A stretch of 64,000 nucleotides of DNA from Gammaproteobacteria bacterium (lineage in GTDB: Bacteria > Pseudomonadota > Gammaproteobacteria > UBA4575), in assembly GCA_965222615.1 (NCBI GenBank), contig CBDCUI010000009.1, positions 384,001 through 448,000 on the forward strand, written 5' to 3'. This document shows, one piece after another, positions 50,907 to 61,365 of this stretch. Position 1 is the stretch's first letter, and each line of letters starts with the position of its first letter. A program made the position numbers and the translations under genes. The notes below the pieces were generated by a model. It did no database searches, was not told where the DNA came from, and saw only the letters and a program-made list of their open reading frames with translations.

Positions 50907-51632
50907 TTATAAAGTATTTAGTAAGGCTTCATAATCTTCTTGGGTATCCACACCTATTCCAGTTGGTGATTTGCATACATCTACATAAATAGCATTTCCG
51001 TTTTCTAGGGCACGCATTTGTTCTAATGATTCTTTTTTTTCTAGCTTAGATTGCGGCAGCTGAGTAAACAGATTTAAAAACTCGACGCTATAGCCATAAA
51101 CACCTAAATGACGATAAATTTCATTGCGCTTATAAAACTCTTCGCCGAATGATTTTACATCTCTGCTGAAACTAATCGCATGATTATTGCTATCACGGAT
51201 TACTTTAACGACATTAGTATTTTCATATTCATCTTCATGAACCGGTGCACATAGCGTAGACATCGATACATTTTTATGTGCAATTAAGTTTTCTGCAACT
51301 TGTTTTATATTTTCAGCAGGCATCATGGGTTCATCACCCTGCACATTTACAATTACAACATCATTAGGCCATGAATGCTTTTGTGCGACTTCGGCAATTC
51401 GATCTGTGCCAGATTGATGTTTATCTGAAGTTAAACAAACCTCTGCATTAAACCCTTGTGCACATTCCAAAATTCGTTGGTCATCAGTGGCAATTATGAC
51501 TTGAACAGCGCCACTGTTTACGGAGTTTTCATAAACATATTGAATAATGGGTTTGCCATTGACTTGTAACAATGCTTTACCAGGCAAGCGCACGGAGGCA
51601 TAGCGGGTGGGGATGACTACCTTAAATTTCAC
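50907..51632 (-). CDS. kdsB: CMP-Kdo synthetase
   Basis: IP.RYAS.RLPGK, SGTDR, NVQGDEP, LEQ.RAL. Confidence 0.95.
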   Translation of the reverse strand: MKFKVVIPTRYASVRLPGKALLQVNGKPIIQYVYENSVNSGAVQVIIATDDQRILECAQGFNAEVCLTSDKHQSGTDRIAEVAQKHSWPNDVVIVNVQGDEPMMPAENIKQVAENLIAHKNVSMSTLCAPVHEDEYENTNVVKVIRDSNNHAISFSRDVKSFGEEFYKRNEIYRHLGVYGYSVEFLNLFTQLPQSKLEKKESLEQMRALENGNAIYVDVCKSPTGIGVDTQEDYEALLNTL

Positions 51633-51633
51633 A

Positions 51634-51791
51634 AGAACCTATCTCAAAATGCATCTAGCACGCTGATACGGCGTTGCAAAGCTGTCTTCGGTGCTCATTT
51701 ACCCTCTTAGATTTCACAAGGGTAAACTCCGCTCCTCAGAAAACTTTGCGCCTTGTCTGAGCGTTCTATCTACTACTTTGAAATAGGTTCT
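51634..51791 (+). repeat. Dispersed palindromic element, copy E
   Basis: agaacctatctcaaaatGCATCT..CGTT gcaaag..TGCTCATTTAC..GTAAACTCCGC..ctttgc GCCTTG..TCTACtactttgaaataggttct. Confidence 0.88.
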
Positions 51792-51837
51792 ATTGAACCT
51801 AGTTCTTAAAATACAATAAACAAACACCGTATAGAAT

Positions 51838-52032
51838 TCACATTGCTTTGTATTTATCATATTCTTCTTCGCTAATTGGTCTGGCTTCGTCTTCAAGCAT
51901 TACTGGTATCCCATCGCGTATGGGATAGGCAAGGCGCGCTGAAGTAGAAATTAATTCTTGCTGTTCTTTATCATATTTCAATGGGCCTTTAGTAACGGGG
52001 CAAACCAAAATATCGAGTAATTGTTTATCCAT
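51838..52032 (-). CDS. ycaR: Trm112-family protein
   Basis: [11 protein letters not shown]...[11 protein letters not shown]. Confidence 0.92.
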   Translation of the reverse strand: MDKQLLDILVCPVTKGPLKYDKEQQELISTSARLAYPIRDGIPVMLEDEARPISEEEYDKYKAM

Positions 52033-53011
52033 GTGGAATTCCTTCAACTAATATTGAAATACGTTGCTCAAGTGCCTCACTTGGCAATAAGGATGCCGGG
52101 ACATACCAAATATCCTTGCTAGCAAACTTTTTACATTTTACGGCATCTTTCTCAGTCATGAGAATGGGATCACTTCTATTAAATTGCAAATCGCTCTCTT
52201 GAAATACATGGTGATCCGGAAATTTATGTTCAATGATATGGATACCTTCACTGCGCAGCATTTTAAAAAATCTTGTTGGATTGCCGATCCCTGCTACAGC
52301 ATGCACGGTGAAGTCCTTAAAATCTTCGATTGATTTACGCACGGTATCCGAAGCAAGTGAGACGACCTCACTCACAACCATATCGAATGCAAGTCCAATA
52401 GAGGCCATCGAACCATTGCTAATGACTAAATCACATGAATTTAAGCGTTTTTTCGGCTCACGTAACGGCCCAGCTGGTAGGCATCTACCATTACCAAATT
52501 TCCTTTCTGCATCGACTATCACAATTTCTACATCACGGGGTAAATTGTAATGTTGCAAACCATCATCCGATATCACTACATCGACCTGATGTTTTTCCAA
52601 TAAAGCATCGACTGCTTGCCTACGATCTCCTGAAACAATCACTGGGCACACTGTCTTAAGCGCCAATAACAAGGCCTCATCCCCAACTTCAGTGGCAATG
52701 CTGTCAGACTGCACTTCAATAAGCTGCTCATTGCTTTCTCGCTTATAACCTCGGGTCACGATACCGACTTGCAGGCCTTGCTCCTTACAGTATTTCGCTA
52801 ACCAAATTACAAACGGTGTTTTACCAGTCCCGCCCACAGTGATATTTCCAACAACAATAACAAATGCAGCTATAGGGTTTGCAGTAGAATTTTTGGAGCG
52901 ATAATAAGCCTTTCTTAAAGCAGCTGCTGCCCTAAAAATCCATGACGCTGGCAACAACATAGTAGACAGTACATTTTTTGAGTACCAAATGTTTTCGTGG
53001 TCAATGTTCAA
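52025..53011 (-). CDS. lpxK: Tetraacyldisaccharide 4'-kinase
   Basis: [26 protein letters not shown]. Confidence 0.96.
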   Translation of the reverse strand: MNIDHENIWYSKNVLSTMLLPASWIFRAAAALRKAYYRSKNSTANPIAAFVIVVGNITVGGTGKTPFVIWLAKYCKEQGLQVGIVTRGYKRESNEQLIEVQSDSIATEVGDEALLLALKTVCPVIVSGDRRQAVDALLEKHQVDVVISDDGLQHYNLPRDVEIVIVDAERKFGNGRCLPAGPLREPKKRLNSCDLVISNGSMASIGLAFDMVVSEVVSLASDTVRKSIEDFKDFTVHAVAGIGNPTRFFKMLRSEGIHIIEHKFPDHHVFQESDLQFNRSDPILMTEKDAVKCKKFASKDIWYVPASLLPSEALEQRISILVEGIPHG

Positions 53012-53037
53012 ACTAGTTAACTATTTATTGCTAGCCA

Positions 53038-54810
53038 TCAAGCATTAACCACTTTGCTTTGCTGATTTATTTGCATTTTGTATAAACCCGCATAGGCTTT
53101 ATTTTTTTGTAATAAATCTTGATGTTTTCCAACTTCTATTAAACGGCCTTTCTCCATTACCGCTATTCTATCTGCCTTTTCAATTGTGGATAAACGATGT
53201 GCGATCACTAAAGTAGTTCGGTTGGCTTGTAATAGTTCGAGAGCTGCTTGAATGTATTTTTCTGACTCGGTGTCTAATGATGATGTAGCTTCATCTAAAA
53301 TCAAAATAGGTGCATCTTTTAGCAATGCCCTGGCGATGGCGATGCGCTGTCGTTGACCACCGGAAAGTAATACACCGTTTTCACCCACTAGGGTATTTAA
53401 TTTCTCCGGCATCTTGTCAGTAAATTCTAAAACGCGCGCTGCCTTCGCTACTTGAATTATTTTAGGATTATTTGTGTCTAAATTCTGAGCATATGCAATA
53501 TTATTGGCTATGGTATCGTTAAATAAAACAACTTCCTGACTGACAAGTGACATCTGTTCACGCAATGCTCGTAAACTAATATCGTGAATATCATTTCCAT
53601 CAATTAGTATTTTACCTTGATCGATATCGTAAAATCTTGGCAACAAATTAACAATGGTGCTTTTACCACTTCCCGATTTACCAACCAAGGCAATCGTCTC
53701 TCCAGGCTCAATTACTAGATTGATATTTTCTAAAGCCTGCTCATCCCGCGTTGCATATTTGAAAGATACATTTTGATATTCAACTTTTCCTTTACAGTCC
53801 TTAATCTTACGAGATGATGTCTCAGGTTCTTTTTCTGTATCGATCAATGCAAATACACTTTGACCCGCAGCAATACCAGTTTGCAGTATCTCATTCACTA
53901 AGGTTAATTTTCTTGCTGGCGTTAAAATCCATATCATCGCTACAATAAAACTAACAAAACCCCCGGCAGATTCTTCTGATGCAATTTCAGGTCGTGCCGC
54001 GATAGCTAACACCGCTACTAGAACAAAGCCTACCAACATTTGAATAATTGGTGTGCTTGCGGCCTTGGTAATTACTTTACGAAGATTATTACGACGGTAT
54101 CTTTCATTTGCATGTTCAAACTTTTGAATTTCGTACTCTTGGCCCCCAAAAATTTTTACGATTCGATGCCCTGCGATACTTTCTTCCACGATATGCGTAA
54201 TCTTCCCAACTGATTCCTGCATACGGTTACTAAACTTTCTAAATAGTTTACTTGTATATCCAACCACTGCAGCAATTAATGGTGCGACGATTAAAAACAA
54301 CAACGTCAGCTTCCAATTATTTATAAACATTACCGCTAACAGGAAAATAATTTTAGACGTATCTTCGACAAGGCTGCGCAAACTCTTCACTGCGGCTCCA
54401 ATAACACGTTCTACGTCATAGGAAAACTTGGAAAGTAGCTCTCCTGTAGCTTGCTGGTCAAAGTATTGTGTAGGAAAGAATTGGATACGATCAAACATTT
54501 CTTGACGAAGCACTTTAATAACGTAAGCACCGATATAACCAATTAAGTATGTGCCCACAAAATTCGCAATACCACGCAAAATTATAATTACTAGTAATGC
54601 AATAGGTATCCATTTGATTTCAGCATAATTTTTATCAACATAGGTACTATCAATGAAAGGACCAAGTAAATACGCAATAGCGGCATCAAGCCCGGAAAAA
54701 ATGAGCAGAGCAATAGAGCCTAACAACAGATACTGCCACTTAGAGAAGGTATAGCTTAAAAGACGTCGATAGGTCTGCCAGCTAGATTGTTGTGAGAGTT
54801 TTTCGGTCAT
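53038..54810 (-). CDS. msbA: Lipid A flippase MsbA
   Basis: ABC TMD+NBD (GKSGSGKST, LSGGQRQR) directly upstream of lpxK. Confidence 0.93.
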   Translation of the reverse strand: MTEKLSQQSSWQTYRRLLSYTFSKWQYLLLGSIALLIFSGLDAAIAYLLGPFIDSTYVDKNYAEIKWIPIALLVIIILRGIANFVGTYLIGYIGAYVIKVLRQEMFDRIQFFPTQYFDQQATGELLSKFSYDVERVIGAAVKSLRSLVEDTSKIIFLLAVMFINNWKLTLLFLIVAPLIAAVVGYTSKLFRKFSNRMQESVGKITHIVEESIAGHRIVKIFGGQEYEIQKFEHANERYRRNNLRKVITKAASTPIIQMLVGFVLVAVLAIAARPEIASEESAGGFVSFIVAMIWILTPARKLTLVNEILQTGIAAGQSVFALIDTEKEPETSSRKIKDCKGKVEYQNVSFKYATRDEQALENINLVIEPGETIALVGKSGSGKSTIVNLLPRFYDIDQGKILIDGNDIHDISLRALREQMSLVSQEVVLFNDTIANNIAYAQNLDTNNPKIIQVAKAARVLEFTDKMPEKLNTLVGENGVLLSGGQRQRIAIARALLKDAPILILDEATSSLDTESEKYIQAALELLQANRTTLVIAHRLSTIEKADRIAVMEKGRLIEVGKHQDLLQKNKAYAGLYKMQINQQSKVVNA

Positions 54811-54829
54811 TGGACCTTTGAGATTACGG

Positions 54830-55243
54830 CTATTTTGGTTTTGAGGTCGCAATAGAAACTTTTGAAATTCCTACACGTGCAATTGTATCCATAGCAGTAA
54901 CCACCGCTTGATGAGGTGTTGTTGCATCTGCACGAATGATTACTCCTCTTTCTTTATTATCGCTAACTATTTTTTGCAGTGATTGATATAAAGTAGTTGC
55001 TTTATTGTCAAGTAAACTATTGCCGTTCACAAAGTAATACCCAGATTTATCAATCGTGATTTCTATTGGCACGACTTCAAGCGCTTGTTCCTCTGATGAA
55101 GCCTCTGGCAAATCCACCCTAAGTTCAGCCTGCTGGTTAAAGGTTGTGGTCACCATAAAAAATATAAGTAACAAAAACACCACATCGATAAGAGGTGTGA
55201 GGTTCACCTCAAGACGGTCTTCTTCTGCCCGACTAAAATTCAT
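54830..55243 (-). CDS. exbD: ExbD/TolR family protein
   Basis: NLTPLIDVVFLLLIFFMV. Confidence 0.9.
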   Translation of the reverse strand: MNFSRAEEDRLEVNLTPLIDVVFLLLIFFMVTTTFNQQAELRVDLPEASSEEQALEVVPIEITIDKSGYYFVNGNSLLDNKATTLYQSLQKIVSDNKERGVIIRADATTPHQAVVTAMDTIARVGISKVSIATSKPK

Positions 55244-55860
55244 TAAGAAGAGGCCCTACGCTGACCATGCATGACTTCTACCAATTTGATGGCCTCTTCT
55301 TCCATACCAACCACCAAACCATCTACTTTTCTTCGAAAGTAACGTACAAAGATTAAACTTGGAATCGCCACACATAACCCGGCAGCAGTCGTTATGAGTG
55401 CTTTTGAAATTCCACCTGCCAATTCCCCTGGGTCACCTACCCCTACACTGGTAATGACACTGAAGACTTGAATCATACCGATCACCGTCCCCAACAGACC
55501 TAATAAAGGTGAAATGGCTGCAATGGTCCCCAAGGTATTAAGAAACCGTTGTAGCTCATAGGCCACATGCCTGCCCGTTTCTTCGATCGACTCCTTCATA
55601 ATTTCGCGATCATACTTTTGATTGAGCAGTCCTGAAGCCAATATTCTGCCTAGCGGAGAGCTTTTGCGTATTTGCATAATACGATTCTCATCTAATTTGC
55701 CATCTTTACTCCATTGCCAAATCTTTGCCGCGAGATATTTGGGGGTGACTCGCTCTTTCTGCAAAGTCCAAAATCTTTCGATCACAATCGCAAGCGCTAC
55801 AATAGAACAGGCAATAATAGGTAGCATCAACCAGCCACCTGCTTTTACAATTTCATACAC
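55243..55860 (-). CDS. exbB: MotA/TolQ/ExbB proton-channel protein
   Basis: PLLGLLGTV.GMI, GI..ALITTAAGL. Confidence 0.88.
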   Translation of the reverse strand: MYEIVKAGGWLMLPIIACSIVALAIVIERFWTLQKERVTPKYLAAKIWQWSKDGKLDENRIMQIRKSSPLGRILASGLLNQKYDREIMKESIEETGRHVAYELQRFLNTLGTIAAISPLLGLLGTVIGMIQVFSVITSVGVGDPGELAGGISKALITTAAGLCVAIPSLIFVRYFRRKVDGLVVGMEEEAIKLVEVMHGQRRASS

Positions 55861-55895
55861 TTAGCAGAACTCCTTAAATCATATTCTTATTAATT

Positions 55896-58199
55896 TTAAA
55901 ACCTAGAATGCCAAAATTTTTGACGTTCTTTACGGTAGCCCGCATCCAATTGCAAGCCTTCTTCACTAGAAAATACAAAGGTAATCATACCTTGTGAAGC
56001 CGTATCCATTAATGCACTACCAAAATCTTCATAACGTGCCACTACCTTCTCGTCAGGAAACCCATAAGAGTTTCGATAGCCTGTAGAAAATATCGCATAT
56101 TGAGGAGAAGTTGCTCGAATAAATGCTGTTGTTGAAGACGAATTGCTTCCATGGTGAGGAACGACTAGGACATCAGTATCAAGCAATTCCGCTTGATTTT
56201 CTACCAAAAATCGCTCAATCGAGCGCTCAATATCACCAGTTATCAGTACACTGCCAGCCAAATGCCTCGCCGATAACACACAAGAACGATTATTCCTGGA
56301 AAGTTGATGCGTTTTTTCCGGTGGATGTAAAAATTCAAAATGCACTCCATCCCATTCCCATCTCACTCCGCTCAAGCATGGACTTATTTGACCGTAATCT
56401 ATTTCAAATGGCTTGCTAGTAATTACACGTTTTACATCCATTTCCTCTAACACGCTTTGTACACCACCAGCATGATCTTTATCTGCATGGCTAACGATTA
56501 ACATGTCAATCTCATCTATTCCGCGTTCACGTAGATAGGGCACGACAACGGACTTGCCTGCATTGAAGCTGGTACCAAACTTAGGGCCAACATCGTAGAC
56601 TATTACGTATTCCGCACTTTCTAAGATCGTGGCAAGGCCTTGCCCGACATCCAAAATAGTTACTCTAAGTTCACCATCTTGAACTTGGTCGGAGGCAGGT
56701 GCTAATACCAAGGGAGAAAGTAGCACTAAGCTTAAAGCTTTCAACGGCCAGCCCCCGGGAGACAGCAATAATAGAATTCCAAATGCTGCTGGAATAAGTG
56801 CCCAGTCTGGCGTTGCATGAGACCACTTGGCTAGTGGAATTTCATGCAGATAGGTAAGTACCATCCAAAATACATCAATGGAGTAGTTAGCAAGCTGTAA
56901 CACTCCACTAGCTAAACCTTCGCTGATGGCTAACAATCCTGACCCAATCAACACCAATGGAACCACAATAAAGCTAACCCAAGGAACAGCAAAAAAGTTT
57001 GCTATTGGTGAAATCAAAGACGCTTGTTGGAAAAAAACTAAAGTTACTGGCAACAAACCCAGTGCCAAAATAAATTGCACTCGTGCCATATGAAATAGCC
57101 AAGATTGATTTTGTCGTTTTCCTGTAATCGCAAAAAAGATAAGTGCAACGGCTAGAAAAGACAGCCAGAATCCTGGAGCCAGCACTGCAAATGGATCCCA
57201 AACTAGCACGGCACATAGAGCGATTGCTAAGATATTCCATGGCTGCAGAGTTTTAGAAAAGTATATTGCCATAAACACAACTCCTGCCATGATCATGGCG
57301 CGCTGTGTAGGAATGGCAAAACCTGCCAACATTGCATATAAGACACTTGCCACGATTCCTGCTAATGCAGCAACTCGCTGAGCTGCCATATATAAACACA
57401 GTGTTTCGCTAAACCTCCATAGTCGTAAAACAATGAAAAAAACAAATCCTGAAATTAAACTAATATGTAATCCAGAAATGGCTAATAAGTGATTTGTCCC
57501 TGTTGCCGTGAGCATTTGCCATTTTTTTGTGCTCATTTCGCCTCTTTCACCTAATGCAAGCGCATTAATGACTGCGGTGTTTGTTCCAGACTCTACTTTT
57601 TGTAGTTGCTTATGCAGCCAAGCTCTTATGAAATATGCGACATGTTTTATTTCAGTAGCGTTTAATCTTTGATTCGATTTAGACTCTCTGACATAACCTG
57701 TTGCCCTAATGTCATGTTCAAATAGCCATTTCTCATAATCGAAGCTTCCTATATTTGCAAAACCCCAAGGTCGTTTAAGGCGAACACGAAGCTTCCAGTT
57801 TTCTCCTAGCTGTAGCGATGGGAATTTTCCATACCAGTTCAAACGGATTTTTTCTGGCACTACGACTTTTTCACCACTGTTGGCAAGCTTTGCATTTGCC
57901 ACGGAAAATTCAAAACGCACACTACGTTCTTGACTGGAAGGTATAGAAACAATTCTGCCAGTTACCTCGATATCAACACCTTCTAGGGACCGATCAAGTT
58001 CTGGATATAGTTTCAAATAGGCATGACCTATTCCCCACAAGAAGCCTATTGCAATCCCTGCCAACACAACAACACGTGGAAATTTAAATGCTAACCCTAT
58101 CGCTGGAAGCAATCCAAATATCCATTGCCAGTGGGGTAAGGTCTCAAACATTGTTAGAATGACGACACCTAACAAAAAAGCTATTGAAAACTTAATCAC
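55896..58199 (-). CDS. comEC: DNA-uptake competence protein ComEC/Rec2
   Basis: HLLAISGLH, DVGQG, SHADKDH, VPHHGS. Confidence 0.95.
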   Translation of the reverse strand: MIKFSIAFLLGVVILTMFETLPHWQWIFGLLPAIGLAFKFPRVVVLAGIAIGFLWGIGHAYLKLYPELDRSLEGVDIEVTGRIVSIPSSQERSVRFEFSVANAKLANSGEKVVVPEKIRLNWYGKFPSLQLGENWKLRVRLKRPWGFANIGSFDYEKWLFEHDIRATGYVRESKSNQRLNATEIKHVAYFIRAWLHKQLQKVESGTNTAVINALALGERGEMSTKKWQMLTATGTNHLLAISGLHISLISGFVFFIVLRLWRFSETLCLYMAAQRVAALAGIVASVLYAMLAGFAIPTQRAMIMAGVVFMAIYFSKTLQPWNILAIALCAVLVWDPFAVLAPGFWLSFLAVALIFFAITGKRQNQSWLFHMARVQFILALGLLPVTLVFFQQASLISPIANFFAVPWVSFIVVPLVLIGSGLLAISEGLASGVLQLANYSIDVFWMVLTYLHEIPLAKWSHATPDWALIPAAFGILLLLSPGGWPLKALSLVLLSPLVLAPASDQVQDGELRVTILDVGQGLATILESAEYVIVYDVGPKFGTSFNAGKSVVVPYLRERGIDEIDMLIVSHADKDHAGGVQSVLEEMDVKRVITSKPFEIDYGQISPCLSGVRWEWDGVHFEFLHPPEKTHQLSRNNRSCVLSARHLAGSVLITGDIERSIERFLVENQAELLDTDVLVVPHHGSNSSSTTAFIRATSPQYAIFSTGYRNSYGFPDEKVVARYEDFGSALMDTASQGMITFVFSSEEGLQLDAGYRKERQKFWHSRF

Positions 58200-58277
58200 T
58201 TAAAAAATTATTTGAATAGTGACAAATAGAAACCAAGTTCAATCTAACAACCAGCCACCTATGATAAACATCTGACT

Positions 58278-58814
58278 ATGCCACGCAAATTTCTGAAAAA
58301 GTTTTTTCCTAGTCAACTAGTTCAAAAAGATAAGTCACTTGGAGTTTTCGGGGAATATCTTCACGATAGGAATCTATGGCACATGAATCGCAGATCGGTA
58401 TCGGTGGCTTGTGCAGTTGGTTTATTTTGCGCTTTTATTCCGATTCCATTTCAAATGTTACTGGCAGCAGGAATAGCAATTATTGTACGTTGCAACTTAC
58501 CTATTTCAGTGGCACTGGTATGGATTACTAACCCTATCACCATGCCTGCATTATTTTTCCTCGCTTACAAGGTTGGTGCTTGGCTCACGAATGTACACCT
58601 TGGGCCCTTTGAGTTCGAACTCAGTCTTAATTGGTTATTTACAGAGCTGCGAGAAAGATGGCGACCGTTTTTAGTGGGTTGCTTATTTGTAGGTACGTTA
58701 TCGGGTTTAATTGGGTTTATTGCCGCGAGACTAGCTTGGCGAGCTTATGTTGTCTCATTTTGGAGAAATAGACGACTACGAAAATTACGCCAATTAGAAA
58801 CTAGGTCAAAGTAA
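58278..58814 (+). CDS. DUF2062 membrane protein
   Basis: LWH.NRRSV, WITNP.T; usual lolD/comEC neighbour. Confidence 0.88.
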   Translation: MPRKFLKKFFPSQLVQKDKSLGVFGEYLHDRNLWHMNRRSVSVACAVGLFCAFIPIPFQMLLAAGIAIIVRCNLPISVALVWITNPITMPALFFLAYKVGAWLTNVHLGPFEFELSLNWLFTELRERWRPFLVGCLFVGTLSGLIGFIAARLAWRAYVVSFWRNRRLRKLRQLETRSK

Positions 58815-58815
58815 A

Positions 58816-59508
58816 TTACAACTCAGACAATTTACCATCTTCAAGCTCATAGGTTTTATTCATCGCTTCGGCAATATTATGGTCATGCGTAACGATGACT
58901 ACCGCAGTGCCAAGCTCTTCATTTAATTCCAACATGAGTTGCTGGACCTGGGTGGCATTTTTACGGTCAAGATTACCGGTGGGTTCGTCAGCAAGAATAA
59001 CTTTAGGCTTAGTCACCAATGCCCTTGCAATCGCCACACGTTGTCTTTCACCTCCCGAGAGTTCAGTAGGCTTATGTGCAACTCGCTTGGACAATCCCAC
59101 CCTGGCTAAAAACTCTTTGGCTTGATCAGTCGTTTGTGAAATCGACCTGCCACGCAAAAATAAAGGCATCGCCACATTTTCCAGTGCAGTGAATTCAGGT
59201 AACAGATGATGAAATTGATAGATAAATCCCAATGATTGATTGCGCAAGTGTCCGCGCTCTGCATCAGATAATTTTGACATGTCCTCACCACATACAAATA
59301 CGCTACCTGAATTTGGAACATCAAGGCCTCCTAATAAGTGCATTAATGTACTTTTGCCACTTCCAGAGGCTCCCACAATAGCGACCTTGCTACTGCTGTC
59401 GACACTAAAGTTAACACCTTTCAGTGCTTCCACACGCAATGGACCACTCTCAAATGTCTTAACAAGATCTTGGCAACTGAGCACTTCGCTTATGGTATTG
59501 TTATTCAT
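58816..59508 (-). CDS. lolD: Lipoprotein-releasing ABC ATPase
   Basis: GASGSGKST, GFIYQFHHLLPEF. Confidence 0.95.
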   Translation of the reverse strand: MNNNTISEVLSCQDLVKTFESGPLRVEALKGVNFSVDSSSKVAIVGASGSGKSTLMHLLGGLDVPNSGSVFVCGEDMSKLSDAERGHLRNQSLGFIYQFHHLLPEFTALENVAMPLFLRGRSISQTTDQAKEFLARVGLSKRVAHKPTELSGGERQRVAIARALVTKPKVILADEPTGNLDRKNATQVQQLMLELNEELGTAVVIVTHDHNIAEAMNKTYELEDGKLSEL

Positions 59509-60748
59509 AGCGTAGGGCTTCTGCAGGCTGAGTACGAGCCGCTTTGCGTGCAGGATAAATCGTAGCAAGCACTGTAATTACAAAGGCAACTAAACAAATT
59601 TGCATAACTTCGCTAGGAATAATCTCAGAAGGAAAATCACTTATCGGATATACATCTGGCGCTAAAATTTTTGTCCCTAATAAATTTTCAACACTTCTGA
59701 CAATACTCTCAAGGTTAGATGCCAATAAAACACCACCGATTGCACCTAACAATGTACCTACTAAGCCAATCACAGTGCCTTGTACCATAAAAATACCCAT
59801 AACACTTTTTGGTGTAACTCCTAAAGTACGCAATATGGCAATATCACTTTGCTTTTCTGTAACCACCATGACTAACATAGACACAATATTAAAAGCTGCG
59901 ACTAAAACGATAAGTATCATAATGATAAACATCATGGTCTTTTCCATTTTTAAAGCACGAAAAAAGTTTCGATTATGATCTGTCCAATTAGTCACCCAAT
60001 AATCCTTCCCTAATTGTTCGCGTAAACTTTTTGTAATGGCAGGGGCATCAAATAAATCTTCTATTTTCAGGCGTAAGCCTGTTACTGACTCACCTAAACG
60101 AAACAAGCGCTTTGCATCTTCAATATGAACAGCCGCCGTATTGCGATCATATTGAGGCATTCCTACTTGGTAATAACCTACTACGGTAAATCTTCTAAAC
60201 TTGGGTAAGATTCCAGCTGGAGTAACTGTAGCTTCAGGAGTAATTAAAGTAATTTTTTCGCCGATCTCTACATTTAAGTAGTTTGCCAAATCAATCCCTA
60301 GCAAAATACCGAACTCACTAGGCTTGAGAACATCTAAGTTGGCATCAAGAAGATGTTCTCCTATCCGTGAGACCTTACTTTCAAACCGTGGATCGATTCC
60401 GCTTAACATCGCACCTGTTACTTGTTTACCGTGTATGATCATGCTTTGACCCTGCACATAGGGTGCACTACCTTTAATCAGGGGACTATCTTTCAGCTCT
60501 TGTTCAACCGTTTGCCAATTTCGCAACTTTCCATTTAATTCAAGTACGGTTGCATGAGCGGTCATACTTAATATTCGATCTTTAATCTCATGCTGAAAAC
60601 CATTCATCACGGATAACACCGTAATAATTACTGTGATGCCCAGGGCCAAACTGAATACAGCAATAATCGAAATAAATGAGATAAAGTGATTGCGCCGTTT
60701 GGCACGTAAATAGCGTGAACCTACGAATAATTCTAGCGGACGAAACAT
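59501..60748 (-). CDS. lolE: Lipoprotein-releasing permease LolC/E (single copy, LolF-like)
   Basis: FISFIS, VLSVMNGF, PAEALRYE. Confidence 0.9.
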   Translation of the reverse strand: MFRPLELFVGSRYLRAKRRNHFISFISIIAVFSLALGITVIITVLSVMNGFQHEIKDRILSMTAHATVLELNGKLRNWQTVEQELKDSPLIKGSAPYVQGQSMIIHGKQVTGAMLSGIDPRFESKVSRIGEHLLDANLDVLKPSEFGILLGIDLANYLNVEIGEKITLITPEATVTPAGILPKFRRFTVVGYYQVGMPQYDRNTAAVHIEDAKRLFRLGESVTGLRLKIEDLFDAPAITKSLREQLGKDYWVTNWTDHNRNFFRALKMEKTMMFIIMILIVLVAAFNIVSMLVMVVTEKQSDIAILRTLGVTPKSVMGIFMVQGTVIGLVGTLLGAIGGVLLASNLESIVRSVENLLGTKILAPDVYPISDFPSEIIPSEVMQICLVAFVITVLATIYPARKAARTQPAEALRYE

Positions 60749-60987
60749 AGAATAGGCGATATTTTACGAGGTTAAATTAGTTGAAAAATATGTTACAAAC
60801 TATTGATAATAATGAATATCTAGTGGGTCATCCAATCTATTCTGTGCATAAATAGATGATTTCGATATTAGTCCTCAGGTTGCGCATAGAGTTCAAACCA
60901 CTCAGTATGCTTACACTTGGTCCGTTAAATGTCGACTATTATCCTACCCGTAATTCGTCCTGGTTCCAGCTAGTTTGAGGCAATGCT

Positions 60988-61305
60988 ATGATCTATTCAC
61001 AAAAATTAGCCAGTGATAGATCTATGTACAAATTAATCATCCCTGCCCTTTGTCTTGCTTTTTTTATGACAGCCACATTACAGGTAAATGCTCAAGTAGT
61101 GAAGACTCCTACTAGTAACGCTCACGTAGTGGTTAACTCAAATGTACCAACAAGGGGTTTGACTAAAGTACAAGTAGAATCTCGATTTGGCCAACCACAC
61201 TCACGCCAAGGACCTACCGGTATTCCAGCCATCTACCGTTGGAACTATGATGGTTATTCGGTTTTCTTCGAAAATAATCACGTAATACACTCTGTAATAC
61301 ATTGA
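60988..61305 (+). CDS. Small secreted BamE/SmpA-like conserved protein
   Basis: Signal peptide; P.RG.T..QVE.RFG.P...P.I.RW.Y..Y.VFFE. Confidence 0.7.
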   Translation: MIYSQKLASDRSMYKLIIPALCLAFFMTATLQVNAQVVKTPTSNAHVVVNSNVPTRGLTKVQVESRFGQPHSRQGPTGIPAIYRWNYDGYSVFFENNHVIHSVIH

Positions 61306-61365
61306 TTCGAGCTTTAGTAGCTTTCAAAATAAAGCTTGTCTAAATAAACACTCAAGTAACGATTT

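Noticed and set aside
51714-51896. 60-aa ORF overlapping hairpin copy E (likewise 16524-16739 over copy A)
   Set aside because: Overlaps ycaR or sucB, has no RBS, and is explained by the repeat sequence
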